DNA of 64,000 nucleotides, taken from NCBI GenBank assembly GCA_030704615.1, contig CM060731.1:80538001-80602000 (forward strand). Direction: 5' to 3'. The stretch is from Takakia lepidozioides (lineage: Eukaryota > Plantae > Bryophyta). Made by a program: the position numbers and the translations under genes. Position 1 is the first letter of the stretch. Each line of letters starts with the position of its first letter. Positions 35,580-48,419 of the stretch are shown in pieces. The notes beneath the pieces are model-generated. The model saw only the letters and a list, made by a program, of their open reading frames with translations. It had not been told where the DNA came from and did no database searches.

Positions 35580-38544
35580 TTACGAGTTAGGACTCCCTGG
35601 TCGCCTTTGCCCCCTAAACTGCCTTGTCTTTGACAACGTTTTCAGAGAGTGCGCGAAGAGCATGAATATGGTTGATTCGAAATTTGCGCCCATGACTGGG
35701 AAACGAAGGAGTACGGGCATTGTCCTCCTGTCCTCCCCCAATGAAATTTTTCAAACTGATTAGCTTCATCATCTTTTCTGACTGCAGCTATAAGATCTAC
35801 TACAGAAAGCTTACTTGCAAACAAGTGGTGGTGTCACGACAGGCTTGAATCCTGCCTAGCAACAATTTGCAGACTCTATGCTACAAACGGCAAGCGAAGT
35901 ATCTGGTGTGTACATATATCTAGACTTCGACACACTTGAATTTGAGCTGATTTTTCGCCTACACTCCCTATGTACGTGTCTCTCTTTCCATGTACGCAAG
36001 TTCGTAGTAGAAGGTGCTCGTTGTACACATATATGCATTTAATAAGACTACATGAGTGAAGAGAAGAGTGTACATACCGGGAAAATGTCTTTGAGCTGTT
36101 GAATTTGCTGATCGGAGATTGTAGGCCACTGGCACCACCAGACCAAGTCCCACTTCGGATGTTAATTCAGAAGGGAAACGCCAGAGCATGACATCAGAGG
36201 AGTCAATTCAGGCCACAGCACAAATACCGGACAATCAGACAATCAGAAAGTTGCGGGAGTATTCATGTTACTATATGTTACAGATTCCAGAGGCATGCAA
36301 AGTGGCCGGTCAAAGTGATTCCATTGATGAAACACGGTGTGTTACAGACGAATCAAAACTTCGAAACTATGATTGAGGTCAGAAGGACTTACATCCCACA
36401 ACATGACAGTCCAGATGACCTTTTCGGTGCAAGGAGGTGTAGTGATAGACCCACGGTAGCGGCCATACGTTCTCCCCAGCTTCAGCTTCTTACCGAACAA
36501 CTCCATCAGCCCTATCTGTGCGGTGTCTCCCTGATTCGCGACCAAGGGGAGCTTGCCGAAAAACTTCGAGACCCATCAAGCGAGCACCCATCAGGACCAC
36601 CAAAGGTACAACTTCATATCCACTTAAATTAAAAGATAGTTCCGTTTTCTTCGCCGGACCGTAACTAGACCTCGCTTCCTTTCCTTTACTAAAATTGGGC
36701 CGCAAATGATCTAGCAATTCTGATCAACTGGGTAGTATGTACAAACAAAATGGCGTCCATGCCCTTGTCAAATCATGCAAGTTGTAGACCTGAATGTTTT
36801 ACCTTTTCAATGAAATGAAATATATGTGCAAGTTCCTTCACCGACCCATGAATTTCTTTCGATTTCATCTAGTATTGAACGATGAGTCATGTAATAGAGC
36901 GGGGAATTGCGTGTCGATTTACGTATACAGTTGTACCATGAAAGCTGTAGTTCTGAAAGCAGCACCTGTGATAAGAAAGGGTTTTCGGCGCCATAGTAGA
37001 ATAGGATTGAGATTACTGCCGTCTTGTTGTCAGCCGACTGATGTACCAGGTGCATCTCCAACGGAAACCTGGACCCATATACTACCCAGTAAGTTTTTTT
37101 TCAGCTTTCAACCTTCTGAGATGTCAGTTGAAATGATAGAACTTTCAAGAAGCCCATATGGCTAGCTACTAAGATCAAAAATTGAATACAACAGACCTGT
37201 ATATTTGGATGTTAGCGTGCTTTGAAATTCAAAATCATGGGGAGAAACAACAGAGAGCTATAAAGACTCGTGGATGACAAGTATATCTACCGATAGTCGA
37301 GGATTCGGTGCTCGCTGGGAGAGTGGAAATGGAATTGCTTGGGTTTGTATGCGACGTTGTAGATATTCAAAATCCCTGTATCTTGTCCCAGTTCTACCTG
37401 TTCATATATACACAGAGCGTAGTTCAAGCAAAGCCACATTCATGAGTTATGTACACACCCCTGATCTCTCCTCGATCTCTCCTCCATTTCGACTGGCAGG
37501 AATTCTCGAGAACTCAAAAACTTGTGACTGCACCCTATCAGTAATTGTAAGAGTTTCCAAGGACGCTGACCTCAACAGCACGGCCATTGTTCCGAATTGT
37601 CGCGTTGATGAGATTGACATACGAAGCGTCTAGCTCCCCCAGAGTAGGGTCTGTTATGATGATGTTTGGAGTGATGCGAAGCGGTGATTGAGCTGTGCCC
37701 TCTTTGCATAAGATCCAATCATCCCTGATATCGCCCCAGTGAACAGGCCCTTTGGGCCCATCACTGTAGTCGTAGATAAGTGAAGGAGGCGAGGTCGGCG
37801 AGACCGGCGCTGCATGAATCCACAATGGCAAAGGTACATCCTACTGATCGCCATTTCAAACTCCTTAACACGTCTTTACCCTCAGGTGTCATTTGCTTAG
37901 GCTAGAAATTTGGAATGCATGCTTTTCTATACAAGTACAGTGAAGTAGACTCGCTAAATATTTGCATCATCCACGTGAAAAGAGAATAGTTATTAAATTA
38001 TATCTAAGTTGTCTTGTTGACTACGAAGCCTGCCACTGGGACCCCAAGTTTTCTCCCTTTTCTAGGCTATGCAAGTTACGACGCTCACAGTCAGATTCCA
38101 TTGGATTGTTCTCGATATCCAGTCGAAGTTACCCAGCACATGAGTCCACCACATGTCCGGGACCAATTTTTAATGCATGTGGTGCGTTCGCTCAAATCTA
38201 CATTGCATTTGTTTTCGATGATCCACATATTGCTCCGGTCTAAGATCGTCTGACTGCCGGGAGAGAATCTAGAGATCAGCTAACAGATTCAAAACTCAGT
38301 GACCAGGAAGGTGTCCGTTGCGTGAATTTTCAAATTTGTTGTTTTATGAATGGACCTCGCAAGACCTCACCGAGCACACCTCACCTATTATTTCTGGTGC
38401 TGGAGCTGCTGATGGAGCTGGCGCCGAACTCGGTGGTGGACTGCTACTGATATCGGCTGCTTGGGCACAGACAGTGGTGACCGCAAGCACGAATGAACAA
38501 ACCAGAATAGCAGCAAGCGCGCTGAGGTACTGGATTCTCCACAT
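35580..38544 (-). CDS. Secreted alpha-carbonic anhydrase, ~7 exons, with signal peptide and Pro/Ala/Ser-rich linker
   Basis: GPVHWG, GTAQSP, NNGRAVE, QFHFHSPSEH, LEMHLVH, YGRYRGSITTPPCTEKVIWTV, DNART; the first exon (38544-38385) and last exon are less certain. Confidence 0.85.
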
Positions 38545-39395
38545 CTTCACTTGCACCCACAAAAGTCTGTTACAACTAACCGCTGCCTCTGCTATATGCA
38601 CAACGCCCTCTAACTGGAAGAGCACGAGCTCAAAATCAAGTCGGACTTTGAACACTAATATATGTGTAGGAGAATCGGAAAGTCGAGAGAAAGTGTGGAG
38701 CTAGTTAAAACGTTAAAACAGCTCTTGAGAGCCACATTTGACAGAGGCTCAAAGAACTATATATACCTGCTGGCATTTGTTTCTGTTGGAAAACTGTATG
38801 ACAAGGATACAATCTGCACTGGCAAGAAATACACGGGCAGCGCAAGGGGGCAGAGTAGGTGTAGTGGAAGGTGGCCTGCTCTCGGCCCTTGGCTGGAGTA
38901 CAGAGTCTGTACCTCCACCGAAGTACCAATTCAGTTCTGGTAAACCCACTGAACTGTTTGTGTTCCCTTGAACTTTGCAGTTGCTTACATGTAATTCTTT
39001 TACTAGCCCGGCAGCTTCATGTTTGACAGCTCCCTCTTTCTTCAAATCTTTCACAGGGTTGGATAAGATGCGGTGGTTCTCATGTTCTCCTTGCCAATGC
39101 TGTACATACTCCACTTGTAGCTTATCTCTACAGGCTGCATCTTATCCACTTTCGGGATGACAGTTGATGCTTATAAATCTGAGACATGACACTGAAAAGA
39201 CCAGTGAGTGGCTTGCGAAGATTTCTATATCCATGTAGCGCAAAGATAACTCAAACTGATGAAAATTGCCCATAGAGGTTGACCAAAGTTAAGTCGCCTA
39301 CGATTTGAGTGATCATGGGCTATACCAGAGTACACCATATGACAGTTCCAAATTCAAGAAAGATAAGTTGCTACCATAAATCTGGAAAATAACCA

Positions 39396-42369
39396 CTACC
39401 CACCAGCCGAATCGGGAGATTCCTCCTCCACATCAGGCACAACATAGAATTCAATGTATGAGACCCGGGCTGCCTGTGCCTGTGATGGATCCACGTAGTG
39501 TTGATGCCCTGGTGTAGGGCGTACAGTGACAAGATGCTGGACTTTAAGAAGGCCTGTTTTTCCGATCGTCACCTTGCTGCCTCGGTTATCCTTCAAAAGG
39601 TTGCTTGGGATTTGAGCTGTTGTCGCCCTTAAGAATTTGTACTTGTACCTGTGATTGAGGTGAAATTAACCAGACAGAATTACAGATACTGCTGCGGAGA
39701 TACATGTGGTTACTAATCCTGGAAAATAAATGAGCAACAAATGCAAGCAGGCTTATAGCTCTTCAAGTTGATGGTAGTGACATTCATCCTTTTTAACTTC
39801 ATTTGTCACAAACAGGCCTTAACGGAAGGGGAGAGCAAGTCTATATCACCTGTGAGAGACGTGGCGATTGCACTGAAATGCAATGAAAAGATCCTGTTGT
39901 GTATCATAAGGGAAGGCAATCTGGTCCCCACCAAAAATGAAGTTGCCAGAACACAGGGTCATGAAATAACCACAATGCTTTTCTCCTCCATTCTTGTTGG
40001 TGTAACTAAATCACATCTCATGATAAGAACGCCAGTAAGATGTGGTTGTCAGTTCTTTGCTTCTTATCATAGCCCTGATACTTGCATAAAAGTTGAAGTC
40101 AAATACATATCTCTTGGATGCACCCCTATTGCAGTGAACCTGTCCGCCAGGTGCAACAACTATGGCAGTAACATAAGAGGTAATAGCAAGTCTTGTATGT
40201 ATAATAATATTCTGCATGTACCAACATCCTGCTAGAATCGAAACAAGATTTAGACATGCACCTGTAAATCACCATGACCCTCACCACGAAAGATGACCCC
40301 AGGAGGATCTGGACAGAGTGTGATGCATATGCTCGAGCCTGGCCACTCCAGGTCATCAATGGCTTCCTTCAATGCTGCCGACTGTCACTCTTGCATGTCA
40401 GGTTCGTCTCGCTGAGGATGCAAAGAGACAATGGGTAGAATATGGAGAGAAACAAACAAAGAAACTGGACATATGTGCAACTGCAGGCATACCTTAACAG
40501 CAAAGCAGGTAGGCAACCCACTGTCATCTTCAATGCTGTACTCTCTGGGAGTGGTGTCAGGAATACGAGTACGAAGTTCTGCATTTATGCATGAATCATT
40601 TGCATCTATCAACCTGTTTAAGAAAAACAGTCCAACTTGAGCAAAACAGATTTTACTGATCAACGTCCCCATAAGGAGCTCAGTTTGATCTTTCTTGAAG
40701 TTGGTTGGTTTAAATAGACATGTACAAGCTACTGTACAGATCACAACAGACAATTCATCATACGAAAAATGACATTGACATTCTTAACTTCCATATGCTA
40801 CAGAAAGCTATGGCATGGGTTGTATGTTGGGGACATGCACACTCTGAAACAAAGCCATCAATGAAAGGGCAGCTGCAATCTACAACTCATTCGTGAGTAA
40901 GGTCCCAAACAGGGATTGGACTTCCCACAGCTGTACTATGCCGTCTTATCCGGAACAAAACAAGTAATTGGTGAAATTTTAAGGCACCCAACGAAAATGA
41001 CATTGGCAATACACACCACACATTTCCACAGCAATGTAAACCGAAAGCAAGCAAGCACGCACGTGAGAAGCAGCTGCATGTCAGAGCCTGGATACCGAAG
41101 CTCAAGAGCTGTAGTGCCTGTGGAAGAGGTGAAAGTGTTGAGGCAGTCAACCAGCAGGCCCAGGCTGACCCCAAAGCGGGGACGAACTTCTGCACAGTAT
41201 TCATATTCCCGAAACAGCTGCCCAGATCCCAACCAGCAGAATTTGTTAGCATTCAATTTAGGCATCACAGATATCTCTGAAAGGTTACTCACACCTCTGA
41301 CCTGAGGTGTGGATATGGTTGGATTGAAGCTCACACGATATTATTAAATACTAAAACTTGAAGTCCCACATGTTACCGAAAGGCACAGACGTCTTAGAAG
41401 AATGTCTGTCACTCCCTAGTGCAGCAGATAAAATAAGGTTGACTCCAGCCGACGCAAGTGTAAATTATGACATCACTTCACCCTGAAGGCTATTGCCTTC
41501 CGCTTGGAAGGTGAACTGTCTATGTGCATTGACTGATTGTACTAGGAGACAACCTGCACTTCAACCAACCCAGATGTAGATGTGAAATGTTATATGCTTA
41601 CATAGCTGCCAAACACTCAAATACATTGGCAAGACAGCTCAATTCCTACAACTATTGTGCTGGGAGAAGACCTAGACTTCCACTATCCCAGGTTTAGATT
41701 GGAAGTCTACTACTCTAACGCAGTTGCCAGACACTCAAATCTGTTGGCAAGACAGCTCAATCGATTCGACCAATTGGCCTCCTTCAAACTCCATGTAGAG
41801 GATGTGTGGACTGGAGTTGGGGTTTAGGGTTTAAGATTACAAATACGTACACTCAAGAGGGTCAACCGACCTCTTTGCGAAAGTAGACACGTGCCTGAAG
41901 ACATGCCCAATCTTCCACTGTGATCACCATTCCATGCTCTGACAGCTCACAGAATGCATCCTGCACTCATGCTACACCACCTGTTCTCATTTGCCCGACA
42001 AGGGCGAAAGTCTAATACAGAATCATACAAAATCAGGGGACTTCACCTCACACACAAAAGATCCAACAGTTGCGGCACGTATCCGATCAAGCAATTGTCA
42101 AATTCTAAACTTGCTGGAAGTCCCCGCACCAAATAAAAGTTTCGCGAAATCCTCGCAGATGCAAAAGTTAGGTTAGACGTTAAGTTGTAATTTCCTTGAA
42201 TGTGATTACGATATAACATTAAGAAAGCGCCAAAAAGTGTACAGAAAGAAAGCAGAAGACAATTCACCTGCTGTTTTTTCCATCGAATGCAAGTTAGAGC
42301 GTCCACAAGGCCCTGCACATTGTCCAGCAAACAGCGTAGGCCGAACTCCATTCCAGTTGCTGAATCCAT
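39396..42369 (-). CDS. RAD1: RAD1 cell-cycle checkpoint protein (9-1-1 PCNA-like clamp), multi-exon
   Basis: LRCLLDNVQGLVDALTCIRWKK, RPRFGVSLGLLVDCLNTF, LKEAIDDLEWPG, YKYKFLRAT, GLLKVQHLV, IEFYVVPD. Confidence 0.88.
41448..41517 (-). mobile_element. SINE 3'-end fragment in a RAD1 intron
   Basis: CACTTCACCCTGAAGGCTATTGCCTTCCGCTTGGAAGGTGAAC matches 19077-19119. Confidence 0.65.
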
Positions 42370-43209
42370 CCTCAGCGCGGGGAAGAGTCCAGCAGAGAGA
42401 GACAGAGGGGAAACATAATGTGTGCGCTAATCACATGGCCCTAAATACGGAGCGATCACCGACAATAGAACAACAATGTCCTCCCCCCGCTCATCTCAAA
42501 ACACCAGTGGGCACAAGATTCCAAAATTCTGAAAAGCAAGTTGCTATCCAATACTAGACGTGAAACTGAACAAGAAAAAGAACCCCCCGGCTTTTTGAGT
42601 TCTCCCTCTCTTATATCCCTCTGCTCTCTTTCCTTCAATACCGTCCATTGGGCCCTCGATGGCCTGTGTGTTGAGCAGTAGGCTCTGTAAATTCACCGGA
42701 CGTTAAAGAATCTTTATCTTATCTTATCTTTTCTTCCGAAGATAATAGGAATAATGTAAGAACTTAATGGACGCGTGCGATCTTAAGGTAGTTTTGCCGG
42801 ATTCCGGCAGCCTTGGCGGGTCCCTGTCAAATCCTCCCCACCCCATCTTACCTCACTATTAAATTCTAGCGACGACTGAAGGTCGGAGACCAGTTTAGCA
42901 TAGAGCAGGAATAGGGTTCCATAGCGCCACATCATATTCGCCACATCATCATGACACGTCACATAGCCATGTCATCGTTGTCACGCCACGCCACATCGTC
43001 GTCGTCAACCACGTCATCGTCGTCATGTTTTTTGGAAGGTGCCCGGACTGCCCCAAAAAACTAAAAATAACTTCTTGAGCTTCTTAAGCTCAAACTCAAG
43101 CTCAAGTGCGGTGTTTCATGGACAGAGCAGGGGTAGCACCTCCACCATCACTACTATTGCTTTTGAAACAAGACCAAGAAAGCTAGTTAGTAGGAACCCT
43201 TCGAGTGCC

Positions 43210-43340
43210 TGTGAGGATGTGAGGGCACTCTATAAGGAAGGACGACTGAAGAGACGCTGCACATTGTGAACCAAGGAGGCGATTGGGCACACCAAGGGCT
43301 CACCCCAAACAAGGTGACATTCGTCTGCGTTCTCATCTCT
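43210..43340 (+). pseudogene. PPR-protein gene fragment
   Basis: DVRALYKEGRL(KE)TLHIV and QGLTPNKVTFVCVL are typical PLS-PPR motifs; frameshifted and truncated. Confidence 0.55.
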
Positions 43341-43990
43341 GTAAATGCTGTGTATTCAGCTGGAATGCCTAGGACGAGTAGGCCTTGTGATGGTACATTT
43401 GTTGAATGCCAAAAGTCTGCATCTCTAAGTGCTGAGCACACCCTGGCGACATCCCATGGGCCCTTGTGCCCCTCTGTGGACAAAATCAAGTCCATTTCTT
43501 GTTTCCAACTCTCCATAGTAATCTAGTGCTATCCTTCCAGTTGGTGACCAGAATGACATAGTTTAATTTAGTCTAATATAGTAATCAGAGTTTACTAGGG
43601 TCTCACATTTGATATGCAGATGTTGATTTTCCACTTCCTTTGTATGTAGTTTATACCAATGTCTCTTGTGTACCTCGCTTCTGGAGTGGGGAAGTGATGA
43701 GAAGGAGGCTGAGGAGGGAGATAATATCAGGGAGTTATTGATCTGAAAGAATAAACGAGGAAATCTAGGTCGGCTTACTGCCCTTTATAGTTCGGAGAAG
43801 CAGAACAATGCAGCTATCTTTTAATGTTAGGTGAAAATAAAGAGTTGTTGAGTTAGGTGAATAAAGGGCCCCGGGTTTGAAGTTGGTGTGAAGATTAGAG
43901 GGTCGTCCGGGAATTAAAAAGGGGGGGGTTATAGTATGCTACGCCAGGAGTGGAATTAATAACTGCCATGTAAGGGGGTATTAAAAAAAG

Positions 43991-46900
43991 GGCAAGTGAT
44001 AAAAGAGGCCCGGGAGTTGAATGTTGCCTCAGCGGGCCTGCCTACGTAGCCCCACCCCCGCCCTCCGCCTCCCCCACCCTCGCGGTAGTACTGCGGCCCG
44101 CGGTCGCCGCGCCAGGCGCCCCCCACTCGCCGGCCCCACGCCAGGAACATTGCTCGCAAAAATGCTCTCACACCTTGAACTAGGTATTACTGTATTTCAC
44201 GCATCCATCATCCATGCCCCATGAATGCAAGAAATACATCCATCGCATCATCACTTTGCCATCATACAGTCCCGTATATGTGCACATGCCTCCTCATACA
44301 CTCATATTGGAGACCGTGAACATTCAAATTTGAAATTTGAAACTGCATTGAATGTACCTCCAGAACGAATGGACGTCATTTCGTGGATGATTGTTGTCAT
44401 CCATGTGATTGACCACCTGTCCCCAGTGTCTTCGTCCCCTCATTCTCTGTCTCCAAACTTGTGTGTGTTCTTTCTCTGTGTGCTTCGACTTGCTTCCAAA
44501 GACACATGTATGCAAATGACATAACTAAAGAGTTTGTCCCTCCTGTTGTGCCCCATCTGAGAGCGTAAATGATGCCCGTCAAGTGTTTGACAATATGGAG
44601 TGTGCGCACAGATATGCGATGCACATTATTGGCAACCAGATTTCTCCCTCTCTCGCCAACGATGAAGTTGCCATGGTGATTTAGGGAAGCCTGGCTATGG
44701 CAGCAATAGGCCTTTGGTCCTGCTGTTTGTTACTCTCTCGCAAGTTGATGTTGGGGTGGTTTGTCTCCTCCAGGTAGATGACCCAAGTTCTTGCAGTATG
44801 GAGTTGGTGCTTGATGAAGCTGTTTGGAGAGAAAAGGGATTCCACGTGGAGGAGACAATCATGTGGCAATTGATCTGATATTGTAGCATATCCGCACTAA
44901 GCTTGGCCAACATGAACTTCGCAAAATTTATCCGAATGTTTACGTAACTCAATCTACATTTCAGGTTTGGTCATACTGGCCTATATTGTGAGCTGGCTGA
45001 TAGTGTCTTACTTAGTTTTCCCTCTCTGGTGTAGCTTGACATTGTGAGTGCATGTGTTTTGTCAAATGGTTTTCTTTTTTGTCTCTTTGCCCTTTCTGGC
45101 AGATTTGAGGCATGCATACTCTCATTCGTGATCAGGAGACAACGAAGCATGACTTTGTATTCTATGCGGACCGCCCCATAATACGCTTGATATATATGTT
45201 ACTTTTTGTTGATCCCATGCAGTTGTTTTTTTTTTCTATGAAGAACTCAACCCTGTTGGAGACACATGAAGAAGCCAAAAAATACAGGGTTGCCTTAGAG
45301 AGTAGCATATGTGATGTGCTACATTAGAAATACCAAGGAATTGGAGATGATGCATGCAGGTGGTTGAACATGGGCTAGGCCATTTGCCCTTCACTGAGAA
45401 GCAGGTTATCACTCCCACAGGTATTGGTTGATGTCATAGTTTGGTAGGGACTGCTTCGTTTTGCAGAATCAAATGGTTTCAAATATTCAAGGAGATATAC
45501 CACAAACATCTTTAATCTCCATGAATTGTATTGGTTTGTGAGGCCTACTAACAAGCTTTGTTTGTGGAGAAAAGGACTACTTTGTTTGTGATTCCTAGCA
45601 TGAACTTGTTGTTTTATTTAGAGTTTAATTCTAGTGAAGATGCTTTGAGTAAGAACAGGGGAGCATAGTGTGTCTGTTTTAGAAGTGTGACTTGCATGAC
45701 TGGGCTAATTACTGGGTTTTGCTGATATGACCAGGAGATACAAAGCTTCACTGCTAAAATATGGTCTCGTCTTCTTTTGGTGGTTGTGTGCAGGCGCTAT
45801 CTACATTGGGGTGGATTTCTGCAAGCAGCTTTGTGGGGTTTCAATCATACGCAGGTAAAATGTCCAGAAATGGGGCATGTCACCACATGTAGATGTTTTA
45901 CTGCCGGATTTGGATTCAAGGCATGTTTCATTCATTTCAACTACTTAATATTCTGAACTTTGGCATTATTAGTGGCTAGTGTGGTCCACTTACATTCAAC
46001 TTTCTATCATACGTGCCCTCTTAAAGTACTATAAATGTTTTCTCAAGAAGGTGGGAACAACTACTGAATAAATGACATATTTATGTGCACATGAGCAAGA
46101 GATGCCTTGTTTTTACATGACTCTGAACCACTGTGCACCATGGATGTGACCAAAACAGAGTGACCAAAAAGAGCAGTTGTTTTCTAATATGTAGCGTATT
46201 CTGTATAGAGGTTTTGAGTTAGAGTTAGAATGGTTGAATTGTCAAGTGTGGTGATGAGTCGTAGGCGAGCCAGCATTGGATCAGTTCTGCCTACAATCCA
46301 TGTTGGTGTATTGTTTCTGCTTTGGGGGTTGGTGTCAGATATTTTGTTGCTTGTTGCAGCCAGAGCATCAATTGAATGTGGATGGTTTGGATGGAATATA
46401 GGATGTGAATATATGTGCTTGGATATGTGTTCATATTTCGCACACATTTGTTCATACACATATGTGTATGACATGTGAATATGTGTGCCTGGATATGCGT
46501 TCATACACATTTGTTCACCCTCCCTGTCACACCTAGCCGGAAGCATATATCACCGCACCATGCTTTTGAAACCTCATCTGTATTGCATGTGATATTGGCG
46601 GGAAGATTGAACACAAGAGGGAATGAATACGCACACTAGACCCTTAACAGACTGCACAAACTGCATACAATGACGAGCAAATGCAAGAAGGGTACGGTGT
46701 AAGAGACTGCACACAACATACAATGAGCTGAAGGCTAAGCTCATATCCCCTCTTCAAAGTGTGTGTATGTGGCCCAGACGAGTAACATAATGTGGTCATG
46801 CACATTGTATCCCTATTTGGGGGTGCATTAATGTCTTCCTCCAAATCTACGCCAGTGCATGGTGGTTGTGTATACACTTCAGTGGAGCCCTTCACATTGA

Positions 46901-48419
46901 TGCCATTGTGGACAATGGGTGCTGAACTTCCTACAAGAACAAAATCTTTGTAAGCCTACAATGGGAGCAATGGTGGCCATAGAATTAGTTTCGTTTTGTA
47001 CTACCATACTTGTTCAAAATCTGGCTGAAATATTGAAATACTTTATGACAATATGCAGGCTGAAATACTGTAATACTTGTTGATAGTCTTCATTGAAATA
47101 TTGAAGTACTGAAATATTGTAGGCATTTCGATCTGCTGAATCAACATCCAGCCACTGTCCAGCAATAAGTTGCAATGCACCTTCGCAAAACTTAGGCCCT
47201 CGGTAGGTATCTGTCTTTGAAGAACTCTGGGGACAAGTCTCGTTGCAAATTCCAGCTCTGAGAGCTCATGCGGTGTACTCATAATCTGCAAATGTCTCCA
47301 TCTGCTATGACACATTGATAGGATTGAAAGAGTGGTTGTCACCAGGAGCTGCAATGCTGGTGACTTGGCCATGAGAGATTGTCGAACAAGAAAGAAATTC
47401 GCTCTCTTGGACCTCAGAAAGTCCCCCATATCCGTTTTCAACTTTCATACGACCTTCCTGCACAAAGGCAACCAAGAGTCAGTGCCCACGTAGCTTCCAT
47501 GTTTCGATATCTTTCCATGGACAGCCCTCAGTGTGGCTTGATCAAGGATTTCTTCTGATGTTGTAGAGCAAAGATTTCGAAAACAAAACCTCCAAATGTT
47601 CGGTGTGTGCCCAACGAGCCATTGTACACACTGCAATATGCAGACGTCAAACTAACTGTAATAAAGTCAAGCAGGAGACTTCTTTATCTTCAAGTGATAC
47701 GTGAAGTATCCACTGTGCTCATGATTCTTGCAGTTCCTCGTCTGGTAGCTAACTGATCCATGACAGATCCCATGGCGACTCCATGGAATGTAGGCCACTT
47801 CAGCATTGTCATTTCCGTCAGGGATTTCATGCCATTTGGTAACGCCATTGTAGCATTGTGTGATTGAAAACACCTGCTGCCGGAGATTGCAGCTGGATTC
47901 GAAGCATGGAGATCAGATGGGGCACAACAGGAGGGACAAACTCTTCAATTATGTCATTTGCAGACATGTCTCTCGGGAAACGAGTCGAAGCACACAGAGA
48001 AAGAACAAGGCACTGTGTGAAAATTCGTCACATACAAGTTCGGAGACAGAGAATGAGGGGACGATCGAAGACGCTGGGGACAGGTGGTCAATCACATGGA
48101 TGACAATAATCATCCACGAAATGACGTCCATTCATTCTGGAGGTACATTCAATGCAGTTTCAAATTTTATTTTGAATGTTCATGGTCTCCAATATGAGTG
48201 TATGAGGAGGCATGTGCACATATACGGGACTGTATGATGGCAAAGTCATGATGTGATGGATGTATTTCTTGCATTCATGGGGCATGGATGATGGATGCGT
48301 GAAATACAGTACTACCTAGTTCAATGTGTGATAGCATTTTTGCTAGCAATGTTCCCGAGAGTGGGGGCGGCTGGCCGCCGAGGTAGCATTCCACACCCGG
48401 GCCTCTTTTATCACTCGAC
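43991..48419. mobile_element. Non-autonomous Mutator-like element (Pack-MULE) with ~0.5-kb TIRs
   Basis: 43991-44560 is the reverse complement of ~47913-48419; termini GGCAAGTGATAAAAGAGGCCCGGG / CCCGGGCCTCTTTTATCACTCGAC; flanks TAAAAAAAG (43982-43990) and AAAAAAAAG (48420-48428). Confidence 0.85.
44839..45854 (+). pseudogene. Captured fragment of a uridine kinase-like/UPRT gene: 4 exons with introns
   Basis: IPRGGDNHVAIDLIL*HIRTKLGQH..QSTFQ (44839-44963); I*GMHTLIRDQETTKHDFVFYADR (~45103-45189); VVEHGLGHLPFTEKQVITPT (45360-45420); AIYIGVDFCKQLCGVSIIR (45794-45854). Confidence 0.88.

Noticed and set aside
42920-43030. GCCACATCA/CACGTCATCGTCG repeats (MITE-like or G-box cluster)
   Set aside because: No TIR/TSD could be delimited
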